A DNA stretch of 64,000 bases from Calditrichota bacterium (GCA_013151735.1 JAADHR010000179.1:12656-76655); one strand, 5' to 3'. Shown: positions 10,626 through 20,715, counted from the first letter of the stretch. Translations and numbers: made by a program. The notes: generated by a model not told the origin, from the letters alone.

Positions 10626-10660
10626 TTGCATTCAAAAGAAAAAATCCTTATATTTTTTTT
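10626..10660 (+). promoter_or_regulatory. Sigma-70-like promoter of the tRNA operon
   Basis: TTGCAT - 17 nt - TATATT, ending 6 nt before tRNA-Gly. Confidence 0.4.
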
Positions 10661-10666
10661 GCTTGT

Positions 10667-10738
10667 GCGGGAGTAGCTCAGTGGTAGAGCTTCTCGTTGC
10701 CAACGAGAAGGTCGCGGGTTCAAATCCCGTCTCCCGCT
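10667..10738 (+). tRNA. tRNA-Gly (GCC)
   Basis: GCGGGAG acceptor stem pairs with CTCCCGC. Anticodon loop tTGCCAa. GGTTCAAATCC T-loop. Confidence 0.85.
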
Positions 10739-10779
10739 CTAAGTTTCATTCGGTGTTCAGACCAACTGTCGCTTTTTTT

Positions 10780-10852
10780 GGCGGCGTAGCCAAGTGGCTA
10801 AGGCGACGGTCTGCAAAACCGTTATTCACCGGTTCGAATCCGGTCGCCGCCT
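10780..10852 (+). tRNA. tRNA-Cys (GCA)
   Basis: GGCGGCG/CGCCGCC acceptor stem. Anticodon loop cTGCAaa. GGTTCGAATCC T-loop. Confidence 0.85.
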
Positions 10853-10860
10853 CAACATGT

Positions 10861-10946
10861 GCCGGGGTGGCGGAATTGGTAGACGCAAGGGACTTAAAAT
10901 CCCTTGGGCTCTTTAGCCCGTGCCGGTTCGATTCCGGCCCTCGGTA
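10861..10946 (+). tRNA. tRNA-Leu (TAA), long variable arm
   Basis: GCCGGGG acceptor (two G.U pairs). Anticodon loop cTTAAaa. Long variable arm GGGCTCTTTAGCCCG. GGTTCGATTCC T-loop. Confidence 0.8.
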
Positions 10947-10988
10947 CACGTATTTAGCGTCAGGAACAGACGCTTTTTTATTTTAACC

Positions 10989-11062
10989 GGGCGGTTAGCT
11001 CAGTTGGTTAGAGTACTTGCTTGACATGCAAGGGGTCACTGGTTCAAATCCAGTACCGCCCA
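10989..11062 (+). tRNA. tRNA-Val (GAC)
   Basis: GGGCGGT/ACCGCCC acceptor stem. Anticodon loop tTGACat. GGTTCAAATCC T-loop. Confidence 0.85.
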
Positions 11063-11066
11063 CGAT

Positions 11067-11100
11067 AAACCCTGTTATGCGGAATAACAGGGTTTTTTTA
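11067..11100 (+). terminator. Rho-independent terminator of the tRNA operon
   Basis: AAACCCTGTTAT-gcgg-AATAACAGGG followed by TTTTTTT. Confidence 0.6.
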
Positions 11101-11257
11101 TTAGGCACCCGCTTATGGGAGACTCCGTTTCATTCGTCAATTCAAAATTACCCGTTCAGACCGAAATATTCCTTTGATTCTTCATAAAAAATTTCTATTT
11201 TATTCTAATAGAAATTGAAAATCGGAACGAGAAAATAAGAAAGAATCCGGCATTCAA

Positions 11258-11980
11258 ATGACCGAAGAATCCCCCAAAATATCCCTTGTGGTAATTGCCA
11301 AGAAATGGCTCTGGTTATCTTACGATCATATCGGCTGGCTGATTTTATTGAATTTTGCCTATGCCGTTTTGAGTATCACCATCGTGGGAGCCGGATTTGC
11401 GTTTAGCATGATCTTTATCAGTGTGGCAAAATTGTTTGGTGATCAATCGTATTCCTTTTCCGAATGGGGGCAGGATATTCGCAAAAACTGGAAATGGGCG
11501 TTTGGGTACGGATCACTGCTTCTGGGGCTATTTTTGGTCATTGCGGCCAATGTTTATTTTTATAGGAACTTCCATCAGGGCGGGCGTCTGGCGGAATGGC
11601 TCTCCACGATCATATTTTGGTTTGCCATTGTTTACCTGATGTACAGCTTATGGGTACTTCCTACAAAAGTCTATTTTCAGGAATCTCTCAAACGATCATT
11701 CAAAAAGGCGTGGATTCTCTGTTTTGATAACCTCAAGGTTTCGTTGACGATGCTGTTTCTCTTTATTGTGCTTGTTTTTGTCGGATTGTACACAGGCATC
11801 ATTTATTTCCTGCTTACTCTTGGGCTGACAACCTCTTTTATCTGGGTTGCTTTTTGCGAGGTTCTGAAAAAATACCAGATAGAAAGTCCTCTGCCCGAGG
11901 TGGAAAAACGAAGCCTGAAGGAATTAATTCGCCCCTGGACTTCTGGACTTCCTGATTGGCCCTGCCGGTTTTTCTTTTGA
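11258..11980 (+). CDS. Hypothetical integral membrane protein (about 5-6 TM)
   Basis: 240 aa with hydrophobic helices. No recognisable catalytic motif. Confidence 0.45.
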   Translation: MTEESPKISLVVIAKKWLWLSYDHIGWLILLNFAYAVLSITIVGAGFAFSMIFISVAKLFGDQSYSFSEWGQDIRKNWKWAFGYGSLLLGLFLVIAANVYFYRNFHQGGRLAEWLSTIIFWFAIVYLMYSLWVLPTKVYFQESLKRSFKKAWILCFDNLKVSLTMLFLFIVLVFVGLYTGIIYFLLTLGLTTSFIWVAFCEVLKKYQIESPLPEVEKRSLKELIRPWTSGLPDWPCRFFF

Positions 11981-12167
11981 ATGAGAAAAATAATCCCCTC
12001 AAAACTCATTTTTCAACAGGGTAACTGCGCGCTTCCCGATAAAGATTTAGGCCGCGAATACGCGAATAAAAAGCCGCGGAGCGTGAAGAATTTGATGGAA
12101 ATGGCGCGCCTAAAAATTGAGGCAGTTTCCGGATTCTTTTCGTGTTTTGTGACTTCGACTTTTGGGT

Positions 12168-14654
12168 CTATTTCTTCTTTTCCTCGTCTATTTCTTTCTT
12201 GGATTTGAGATGTTTTAGGGCGATTTCCATCGATTTCTTGACCCGCGGATCAATTTCGTTCTTTATCGCTTCCTCCAGAGGTTGAATAGCCCGGTAGTCG
12301 CCGATTCGAGACAGTGTGAATGCGGCCTGACGGCGTGCCCAATTGGAAGGATCCTTCAGATGCTCGATGAGAAACGGAACAACTTTTGGATTTTTCTTTC
12401 CGGCCCGTCCCACGGCGCGCAAAACCGACATCCGCAGGGTGGCCGGGTAATTCAGGCTCCCGTAAGGCAGCATGATGTCCACGGCTTCCGGGGTTTTAAG
12501 ACGAGCCAATGCCCGAATGGCTGCCTTGCGAATTTGTTCGTTGTAGGAATCCATTGCAAGAGCTTTTTGAAGAAACGGCAGGGCATGGGTGGAATCCAAT
12601 CTTGCAATGGCCCGAATGGCTGCCGATTCGACCGCATAACTGGAATCCGATTGAAACGTCTCCTGGATTTTTGCCACTAAAGTCGTGTCTTTAAAACTGG
12701 CGAGAGCCGAGATCGCTTCTGCCCGTACGCGGCTTTTGGGATCGTGCATGGCGGAAACCAATTCAGCTTTTGCCCATTGGGGATGTACCTCGCCCAAAAA
12801 ACGAGCCGATTCCCGGCGAAGCACCCAGAACGGATCTGACTTTAAGCGGGCAGCAATTGCTCTTTGCACGGTTTCGTCGTCTTTGTACGATTTTTTAAGC
12901 GCGTTCAGGGCATCCAACCGATCCACGGCATATTCAGCCCGCGTCAATTGAAGCAGCCATTCGTCTTTGCTTTTGTTAAAATGGACGGTTTTTAAGATGT
13001 GGTTCCCCGGATCAAAAATTACCAGATCAGGATTACGGGTGCACGGCAAGTAAAATGTGGTATCTGCTGTTGAAAGAGTGACCCGGGCCGTTTGTTTGTG
13101 CGTGCCGGTAATCATCCGTATTCGAACGGGCATTCTGAAAACGGTGGTCAGGGTGTCGCCAACCTGTGTTTGTTTTACGTGAAGGGCCAGTGCTTTCAGG
13201 GAGTCCACCCAGGTTTTGCTGATGTCAAATTTCGGATAGCCGCCGGAGTAGACCCATTCATTGAAAAACCAGTAGAGATTTTTTCCGGTACCGTCTTCGA
13301 AGGCCTTTTTGAGATCGGGGGCTTCTACCAATTTTTTGGCATTTGTGACGGCGTAGGTGTTCAGGCCCTTCCAGAAAAGTTCGTCGCCAACCACATAGCG
13401 CAGCATGTGAAGAACCCAGGCTCCCTTATCATAGGCATGGCGATCAAACATATTAATCGGGTATTTGTATCGGTACCAGTTCAGTGTGCGGCGATAGACC
13501 GTTGAGTCTTCCGCCATGTACACTTTGGCGGTATTTCGCATATTGATATCCAGTGCATCCCGCCCCTTTGTGTGTTCGGTCCAGAGTGAGGCAAAATAGG
13601 TGGCAAACCCCTCGTTTAGCCAGGAATTCGTCCAATTACGGCAGGTCAGCCAGTCGCCCCACCACTGGTGGGCCAGCTCATGTGCGATCAGCCCTTCGCT
13701 GGTGCCGTCAATTGTACTTCGTCTGTCGCGCATGGTGGCGGAGGTCAACGTGGTGGCCGAGATATTCTCCATTCCGCCGTACATAAAATTGTCGACGACG
13801 CTCTGGGCATATTTGGCGTAGGGATATTCCACACCGATCCGTTTTGAAAAAAACTCGATAATCCGGGGCGTTTTTTCAAAAGTCGGTTTGGCGTAGGGCT
13901 TTTGATCAGGATGAACATAATACTGAACCGGAATTTTTTTATAAAAGTCCTCCACCTTAACATAATTTCCGGCTACAATGGAGGTCAGGTAAGACACGTG
14001 GGGCGTTGTTATTTTCCAGTGGAAGGTGCGAGTGGAATCCGTTTTGTTTTCGGTCACCGCCACCAGCTTGCCGTTGGAAATGGCAATATTGGGGCGCTTA
14101 ATGGTGATGAAGACGTCGCTTGATGCGCGGTCATTTGGATAATCCCAGCAGGGAAACCAGTAGTGATTGTCCTCCATTTCACCCTGGGAATAGATTTCAA
14201 AATGATTTTTTCCTCCCTTTTTCGGCAAAATAAAATAGAGACCCTTTTTGGGTTTTTTAACCGTGTAGTCGATGGACACATCCAGTGTGTCTCTCGAAGA
14301 ATAGGCTTGGTCTAAATAAATAACCAATTTTTCAGGGTGTTTTTTGAATTTCAGGTTTGTTTTGGGAACAAGCTGCACCGAATGAATCTCCATTTTGGCG
14401 GCGTCCAATACAACGGAATCGACGCCGGAGTGAAAGGGGGTTAGTGTCAGCCGTTCTTTTGCAAAAAGGGTTTTATTGGGGGCATCGAATGAAAGTTTCA
14501 GCGTGTAATGAATAATATGGAAATCCCGGTCCGGGGCGTGATGCTCCGGGCCTTCCATGGGTTTGATTTTGGCTGCGTGTAATATAAGCGCCGGGGAAAG
14601 GCCGACTACCATCAGGAATACCAGACCGTTTAGTAAGCGATGAACCTGTTTCAT
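12168..14654 (-). CDS. M1-family zinc aminopeptidase (aminopeptidase N-like) with C-terminal HEAT/PBS-lyase-like repeats; secreted
   Basis: GGMEN exopeptidase motif. HELAHQWWGD...WLNEGFATY gluzincin motifs. Signal peptide. C-terminal repeated ...RxxAxxALxxxGD... HEAT-like units. Confidence 0.85.
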   Translation of the reverse strand: MKQVHRLLNGLVFLMVVGLSPALILHAAKIKPMEGPEHHAPDRDFHIIHYTLKLSFDAPNKTLFAKERLTLTPFHSGVDSVVLDAAKMEIHSVQLVPKTNLKFKKHPEKLVIYLDQAYSSRDTLDVSIDYTVKKPKKGLYFILPKKGGKNHFEIYSQGEMEDNHYWFPCWDYPNDRASSDVFITIKRPNIAISNGKLVAVTENKTDSTRTFHWKITTPHVSYLTSIVAGNYVKVEDFYKKIPVQYYVHPDQKPYAKPTFEKTPRIIEFFSKRIGVEYPYAKYAQSVVDNFMYGGMENISATTLTSATMRDRRSTIDGTSEGLIAHELAHQWWGDWLTCRNWTNSWLNEGFATYFASLWTEHTKGRDALDINMRNTAKVYMAEDSTVYRRTLNWYRYKYPINMFDRHAYDKGAWVLHMLRYVVGDELFWKGLNTYAVTNAKKLVEAPDLKKAFEDGTGKNLYWFFNEWVYSGGYPKFDISKTWVDSLKALALHVKQTQVGDTLTTVFRMPVRIRMITGTHKQTARVTLSTADTTFYLPCTRNPDLVIFDPGNHILKTVHFNKSKDEWLLQLTRAEYAVDRLDALNALKKSYKDDETVQRAIAARLKSDPFWVLRRESARFLGEVHPQWAKAELVSAMHDPKSRVRAEAISALASFKDTTLVAKIQETFQSDSSYAVESAAIRAIARLDSTHALPFLQKALAMDSYNEQIRKAAIRALARLKTPEAVDIMLPYGSLNYPATLRMSVLRAVGRAGKKNPKVVPFLIEHLKDPSNWARRQAAFTLSRIGDYRAIQPLEEAIKNEIDPRVKKSMEIALKHLKSKKEIDEEKKK

Positions 14655-15016
14655 AAGAATCCTCCGAAATTAATAGAATATATCAATATTAAGATAACGA
14701 AATTTCACGGCAAATGTTACAAAAAATTTCGGGTATTTCCGATCGGCCTTTAAGAGCTCTATTACGTGCCTGTCCTGTTATAACTCCCGGTCCGGCCTGT
14801 TTTTAAAATGATGCACTCTTTGGGAAAATATCACTGTAAATTCTTGAAAAGAAATAAAATGATCAGAATGAATATATGACAATTTTTTAACAAATATTGA
14901 CTTGACAGTCTGATGAAAAATGTATACATTAAATGAAATTTGATTGGGCTTTTCCTTCTTCCGGTTGGGTGTTCTTTCTGCTGAAAAAACCTTGTTTAAT
15001 CCAGGACAAAATACGC

Positions 15017-16456
15017 ATGAAAAAACTATTCTCACTGACTCTTTGGGTGATGTTTTTTTCAAATACCCTTTTTGCTCAGGGCACGAGCAGTAAAATAGAG
15101 AAATTAGTGGGCGGTCATTTCGATTTTGATGGTGAAGTGGTCAGTACCTCTTTGTCTTCTCTTCATTCCGGCCGGTTTACGCCCTCAAACAATTATCTGG
15201 CCTGGATGGATTTTTATCAAAACCCGGCCTTCTCAACGGGTATTAAAAATCCCTTTATAACCACCTTTTTTGCGCCGTCTATTGCGATTCATCCCAATCG
15301 ATTTATGGATGTGAATGGCCGCGTTCAGCGGGCAATAGACAATGGAATAGCCAGTTACCGGTCTGATTCGCTCCGATTGATTTATCCTCAACTCGAAAGT
15401 GTCTTCCGCAAGAACCGATATTGGGGACAGGGTCTCATCAGTTTTCCGGCAGGCGGCGTTGTGTTTACATTGGGCTACCAGCGTCAGCTTTCACTGAATC
15501 TTCAAACCTTTTTAACAGGGGCAGAGGCGACCATTTCCACCCAGGTGCCCCTTTCAGAAACTACAAGTGAGGTGGTTTTTAATGCCTTCCTGGATGCCAA
15601 TTTTCGGTTCAGCATAAATGTGGACAAGACCACAATGGGATTGGCGAAGGTCATTCGCAACCGGTTTGCATTTGGATTTTCTCTGGATCGGTATGGCGGG
15701 AATGTTGAAACGGTTGGATTCATGGATGCGCAGGGGGACATGCTTTTTAACGGTCACGAGTATATTTTTAATAATTCCAATGATAATTGGTACAACCGGC
15801 TGACACAGGCTATTAAAGGCCGATACAAGGGAAGCGGTTGGCGGATGAATTGGGGCGGTTGGTATGTTTATAATCGGAATTTCATTTTCGACGGCGTCAT
15901 TTCCATGCAAACCCCCATGCGCCTGGATGGAAATCTCTCTATTCACGTTAACAAAATTCCCGCACTGAACATCGACGCCCTGTCTTCGGATGATCCCAAC
16001 GCGGAAATTCTGGATCCGGCGAAGCTGGATTTGTCCCAATTAACCCTCACCGATTCCGTAGAAAATCCCACATATCCGGCCCTTTTTCTGCATCAACAAT
16101 CGTATCTGAAAGTGGGAGTTCTCTACCAAACGCCGCATTTTTATTGGTACAACAGTATGGTCCAGAATTTTGGTTACGCCGGAATAGGCTATGGACCCTA
16201 CGAATTTGGATTGCAATCAAAACTGGATTGGCAAACCCTGTTTGGATTCCATCATTTTTATATGGAAATCCGATTAAAATATATGAAGAGTTTTATTCAT
16301 CATTCGGAAAAGCTCGGAAAGGGAGAAAGCCGAATCTGGCTGCCTTCATTTGCCATGGGGTATGCCCGGCTGTTTCAAAAACATTACCCGATTCATGTCG
16401 GACTTTCCCTTTTGCCCGATCCCATTCTCTATTTTTCAACGGGCTACCAATTTTAA
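15017..16456 (+). CDS. Secreted outer-membrane beta-barrel protein, FadL/PorV-like (candidate T9SS-associated)
   Basis: Signal peptide MKKLFSLTLWVMFFSNTLFAQG. 'FYQNPAF' NPA hatch-like motif. Aromatic C-terminus ...GYQF. Sits immediately upstream of two T9SS cargo genes. Confidence 0.45.
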   Translation: MKKLFSLTLWVMFFSNTLFAQGTSSKIEKLVGGHFDFDGEVVSTSLSSLHSGRFTPSNNYLAWMDFYQNPAFSTGIKNPFITTFFAPSIAIHPNRFMDVNGRVQRAIDNGIASYRSDSLRLIYPQLESVFRKNRYWGQGLISFPAGGVVFTLGYQRQLSLNLQTFLTGAEATISTQVPLSETTSEVVFNAFLDANFRFSINVDKTTMGLAKVIRNRFAFGFSLDRYGGNVETVGFMDAQGDMLFNGHEYIFNNSNDNWYNRLTQAIKGRYKGSGWRMNWGGWYVYNRNFIFDGVISMQTPMRLDGNLSIHVNKIPALNIDALSSDDPNAEILDPAKLDLSQLTLTDSVENPTYPALFLHQQSYLKVGVLYQTPHFYWYNSMVQNFGYAGIGYGPYEFGLQSKLDWQTLFGFHHFYMEIRLKYMKSFIHHSEKLGKGESRIWLPSFAMGYARLFQKHYPIHVGLSLLPDPILYFSTGYQF

Positions 16457-16506
16457 TGCTTTCGGCAGGTTTTGAACAGTTTTCATTTTGAATTTTAGGC
16501 GGGATA

Positions 16507-19500
16507 ATGCAAAAAAAAGCAGTTCTAATTTGGATTGGGCTAATTGTCCTGATGTTACCCCATCAGGCTGCGGCCCAGCAAATTACACTTACAAGCGTAC
16601 CCTATCAGCTCATTAGTGAGTCCGAATCCGTTACGGTGACATGGGCAGAGCCGATTCAGGCGACACTTCATTACGGAACGACCCATGGAGTGTACAATGC
16701 CTCAATTTCAAAAAGCGGTACGCGCTCACTCACATTTACTCCGCAAAATGAAGGCATTCATCCCGGGGTTTATTATGGGATTATTACCAATGGCTCGCTG
16801 CGGTCGGCTGAGTTTCCGTTCATTGTAGAGGCATCTGTGTCTCCGATTATGCGCGAACCCACAAATAACGGAACCGTTCGGACAGCCACGCCTGAATTTC
16901 AGTGGGATGAAGTTTCCGGGGTTCCCTTTTACCACCTCATTCTTTCCGATCACGAAGCGATTATTACACGGGATCCCGATACCGGCGAGTTGCAGTTAAC
17001 CGGTGCCAATATCATCTGGCAGGTGATTACGTCTGAGACACATATTACGTATGGCGATCCCGATCCTTCCGGCTACTTTACGGATTTCAACGGGACCACT
17101 CCGCCGCTGCTCAATGGAAATCACTACACCTGGATCGTGCTGAACAACTATGGAAATAATCCGGCCTTCACATCATTGGTTCAATCAGGTGTAAGTGCGT
17201 TCTACGTTAATCTTTCCACGACAGCAGCCAAGCCCATTCTTATCTCACCGGCTGACGGAGTCTCTCTGAATTCAAAAACCATTACATTCCAATGGCAGCC
17301 TGCGTCCGGTGCGGTCAATTATCAAATTTCACTGTTTGAGTACATTTACGAAGAGGGAAGTTCCTCCAGCTTTCTCATTTGGAGCACCACCACTTCGAAT
17401 ACGTCCATTGATTTTCCGGCACGCACAGTATTAAAGGGAACGAAATACGCCTGGCGTGTACTGGCCATGGACAATTCCGGCAACGGAACGCCAAGCGACA
17501 CGCGTCAATTTTCTTACACTGTACCGGTCAGCGCATTAAGCATTCGCACCCTTCAGATGGATGGAACCAATCTTCCCCGAACCAACGTTACCTTAACGGC
17601 TATTGATGGCTCTTCGGATAACGTGTCTTTCATTACATCGGATAATGGCAATTTTACAGCTACGGTCCGGCCGGGTTCGTATGCGATTACGGGTTCAAAG
17701 GAAGGCTTTTTGGATACGACTAAAACCGTTGAGGTGGAGGCGGGGGATACCCTTTCCGTCGCATTGCGTTTAAGGAAGGCGTCCCATCGCGTAAAGGGGG
17801 TCACGCGTAACCAGGCCGATCAGCTTCTGCCGTCTGTTTCACTGCGGGCGGAAGAGAATCTTTCCGGCCGGCTTCTGGAGACCTCCTCCGACGCAAACGG
17901 GAATTTCGTACTCAGCCTTTCCAGCGGGGTCTGGGATATCTGGGGACAGAAAGAGAACTATTCCAATTCAGATACGGTTCGGGTTGTGTTATCATCTCAG
18001 GAAGAAGTAACCTTGGCTCAGCCCCTTGTTTTAAAGGAATTTGACAGTTTCATTACGGGTACGGTGGTGGATGTAAATAAACAGCCCGTTATTACGGCAC
18101 GCGTACAGGCACAGAAGGATGCACGGGTTGTTTCTCAGTTTACGGCCAATAATGGATCTTTTCGCTTGCAGGTGAGCAGCGGCAAGTGGACGGTGACGGT
18201 TACAAAGGGAGGCTATGTGAGCCCGGCGCCCCGAATTGTCCAGGTGACGCCCGGAGCGACAATAAATCTGACTCCCGACCTGGAGCTCACGTCCAATGCC
18301 GGGGTTTTGACCGGCTTTGTTTTCAGCGGACAGAACTCCGTAAATGGGGCGGAAGTGAAGGCCATCCCTCCGTCAGGACAGCCGGTTTCTTTTTTAACCG
18401 ATCCCAAGGGAGCGTATGCGTTGAATCTGGCTCCCGGGAATTATACCGTCACCGTTTCCAAGCAGGGGTACGCACCACCTGACCCGCTGCAGGTATCTCT
18501 GCACTCCGGTGAAACCCTTTCCAACCTGAATTTTAATCTTCGGGTAAATCCCGTTTTTATCTCCGGAAAAGCCGCCTCAGGCGGAAAACCCCTTGAAGGG
18601 GTGATCATTCAGACAGACGGGGCAAACGACACGACTCTTTCTGACGGGTCTTACCGCCTTTGGGTTCAACCCGGGACGTACCGAATAACGGCATCCAAAA
18701 CGGGATATGCGGCAACGGGAATTCAAACCGTAACCATTGCCCTGGGTGAAAATAAGACAGGGGTCAATTTTACACTTGTGCCCAATGTTGGAACGATTAA
18801 GGGACGTGTTCAACAGGGGAATTTGCCCATTGTGGGGGCAGCCGTTTTGGCCTATTCCGGAACGGATACATTTCGCACGCTGCCCGGAAATGTGGGACAA
18901 TACACCCTTTCGGTAAAACCCGGCACCTGGACAATCCGGGCTGAAAAGGAAGGCTTTGTTCCCGCCCAATTGAATACGCCCGTGCAATCCGGTCAAACCG
19001 TTACGGGTGTGGATTTCAATCTTACACTCAACTTGGGCACGATTTCCGGAAAAATCACGGACAATCATGGACGGGCGGTTGAAAATGCATGGGTCGATGT
19101 GATTGGAGAAAATCTCCAATCGGTGTCTGATCTGAATGGAAATTACACCATTCAGCTGGAACCGGGACCTTACCAGCTAAAGGCATGGAAACCGGGGTTT
19201 AGCAGCCAGACGACGTCCGTTACGGCAGTACTTAATTCAACAATTACGAAGAATTTTTCCCTGACCACCATGGGAACGTTGACCGGAAAAATAACGGACA
19301 GTTCCACGGGTCTGCCCATCAATAAGGCGGCCGTGTGGGTGATCCTGGGAGCCGACACGACGCAAACGGAAACGGATTACACGGGCGAATACACCTTTTT
19401 TCTCAATTCGGGGACGTACACCCTGGTCGCCGATCAATTGGGATATCACCGAAAGCAGCTCAGTGTGTCGCTTGCGGCAGGTGCCGTCAAAATCCAAAAT

Positions 19501-20712
19501 ATGGCGCTTCAGCCGGATCCCACGGAAATAGCCCGGATTCAGGGCAAAATTCTGGATGATTTTCACAAACCTATGGTGGGTGTTCCAATTTCACTCTCCG
19601 GTGGGAAGGTGGATATCATTTACACGGAAACGGATGGAACGTACGATATCAAGAAACTGCAAACCGGTTTGGATTACACCCTGCGTCCCAAACTGCCGGG
19701 CTTTTTCTTCGTTCCGTCCAAAAGACGCTTTGCTCCTCTGATCGCCAACAAAACCGGCCAGGATTTTGCCGGAGCTCTGTACGGAGATGTGAGCGGCAAC
19801 AAAGAGGTCAGTTCATTTGACGGGTCGCTTATCCTTAGAATCAGCGCTCAGCAAAATGTGGCCCCGTATTATCGAAATCAGCCGAGGGATTCCATCGCGG
19901 CCGACGTCAGCGGTAACGGACAGGTGAGTTCCTTCGATGCATCGCTTATTTTTCGCTATTCGGTCAATCTGATTGATCGCTTTCCTGTGGAACCGTCCCG
20001 ACTGGGAAAAGGGCTCGAAAATTATTCTGATCCGGAGGTTCACGTGTTTACATTTGCGGTGAAACATCTGGATGAAACCCGTTGGGCTGTTGATATTCAA
20101 GCGGATAATCTGAATCATATTTACGCCACGCAATGGAAAATTGAGGTCGATCGGCAGTGGGTAAATGTACAGAATTGTGTCTTGTTCCGCTCCTCGGAAG
20201 GCCATGCTCTGGCCTGGTCGGAGAAAAATGGTGTGCTTACCATTGCAACGGCGGGCCCTGAAGCGCTGGAGGGCTCCGGAAAACTGCTTCGCATTTTGAT
20301 TGAGGTGAAGGGGGATCCGTCCATTTCCCCCGAAACCTTTTTGGAGGTGAGGCAGGTGCAGGTGAATGAGGGGCTGGTTGTGTCAGAATTTCAGCCGCCT
20401 GAACGGACCCGGCTTCCAACGCAATTTCGTTTGTATGATAATTATCCCAATCCCTTCAACGGTGAAACCCTGATTCGGTTTGCGGTTCCGTCAGAAGACC
20501 ATGTACAAGGGGTTTCAGTCGATTTGTCCGTTTACAATGTGCTGGGACAAAAGGTGCGGCAGCTTGTGCAAAAAAAACTGGCACCCGGCTATTATCAGTT
20601 CAAATGGAACGGAACGGACGAATCGGGCAATCAGGTTCCGGGCGGGGTCTATTTTTATCGATTAAAGGCCAAAAATCGGGTTTATGTGAAAAAGCTTTTA
20701 CTTTTGAAATAG
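16507..20712 (+). CDS. Giant T9SS cargo protein: FN3-like and about 9 carboxypeptidase-regulatory-like (CarbopepD_reg) repeats, a type-I dockerin pair, a cohesin-like module and a T9SS C-terminal sorting domain
   Basis: Signal peptide. Repeated roughly 80-aa G.V.D..G.P...A.V...TD.dG.F units. Dockerin pair DVSGNKEVSSFDGSLILRIS / DVSGNGQVSSFDASLIFRYS. C-terminal YPNPFNGETLIRFAVP...GVYFYRLKA (T9SS type-A CTD). Confidence 0.8.
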   Translation: MQKKAVLIWIGLIVLMLPHQAAAQQITLTSVPYQLISESESVTVTWAEPIQATLHYGTTHGVYNASISKSGTRSLTFTPQNEGIHPGVYYGIITNGSLRSAEFPFIVEASVSPIMREPTNNGTVRTATPEFQWDEVSGVPFYHLILSDHEAIITRDPDTGELQLTGANIIWQVITSETHITYGDPDPSGYFTDFNGTTPPLLNGNHYTWIVLNNYGNNPAFTSLVQSGVSAFYVNLSTTAAKPILISPADGVSLNSKTITFQWQPASGAVNYQISLFEYIYEEGSSSSFLIWSTTTSNTSIDFPARTVLKGTKYAWRVLAMDNSGNGTPSDTRQFSYTVPVSALSIRTLQMDGTNLPRTNVTLTAIDGSSDNVSFITSDNGNFTATVRPGSYAITGSKEGFLDTTKTVEVEAGDTLSVALRLRKASHRVKGVTRNQADQLLPSVSLRAEENLSGRLLETSSDANGNFVLSLSSGVWDIWGQKENYSNSDTVRVVLSSQEEVTLAQPLVLKEFDSFITGTVVDVNKQPVITARVQAQKDARVVSQFTANNGSFRLQVSSGKWTVTVTKGGYVSPAPRIVQVTPGATINLTPDLELTSNAGVLTGFVFSGQNSVNGAEVKAIPPSGQPVSFLTDPKGAYALNLAPGNYTVTVSKQGYAPPDPLQVSLHSGETLSNLNFNLRVNPVFISGKAASGGKPLEGVIIQTDGANDTTLSDGSYRLWVQPGTYRITASKTGYAATGIQTVTIALGENKTGVNFTLVPNVGTIKGRVQQGNLPIVGAAVLAYSGTDTFRTLPGNVGQYTLSVKPGTWTIRAEKEGFVPAQLNTPVQSGQTVTGVDFNLTLNLGTISGKITDNHGRAVENAWVDVIGENLQSVSDLNGNYTIQLEPGPYQLKAWKPGFSSQTTSVTAVLNSTITKNFSLTTMGTLTGKITDSSTGLPINKAAVWVILGADTTQTETDYTGEYTFFLNSGTYTLVADQLGYHRKQLSVSLAAGAVKIQNMALQPDPTEIARIQGKILDDFHKPMVGVPISLSGGKVDIIYTETDGTYDIKKLQTGLDYTLRPKLPGFFFVPSKRRFAPLIANKTGQDFAGALYGDVSGNKEVSSFDGSLILRISAQQNVAPYYRNQPRDSIAADVSGNGQVSSFDASLIFRYSVNLIDRFPVEPSRLGKGLENYSDPEVHVFTFAVKHLDETRWAVDIQADNLNHIYATQWKIEVDRQWVNVQNCVLFRSSEGHALAWSEKNGVLTIATAGPEALEGSGKLLRILIEVKGDPSISPETFLEVRQVQVNEGLVVSEFQPPERTRLPTQFRLYDNYPNPFNGETLIRFAVPSEDHVQGVSVDLSVYNVLGQKVRQLVQKKLAPGYYQFKWNGTDESGNQVPGGVYFYRLKAKNRVYVKKLLLLK
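19777..19990 (+). other. Dockerin type-I module (two Ca-binding repeats) inside the 1401-aa protein
   Basis: Both repeats match D-V-[NS]-G-[DN]-G-x-V-[NS]-S-x-D-x-x-L-[IL]-x-R-[YI]. They are separated by a linker of about 25 aa. Confidence 0.7.
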
Positions 20713-20715
20713 GTT

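Noticed and set aside
10663-10986. 107-aa ORF spanning the tRNA cluster
   Set aside because: It overlaps four well-formed tRNA genes and its translation is non-protein-like, so it is spurious.
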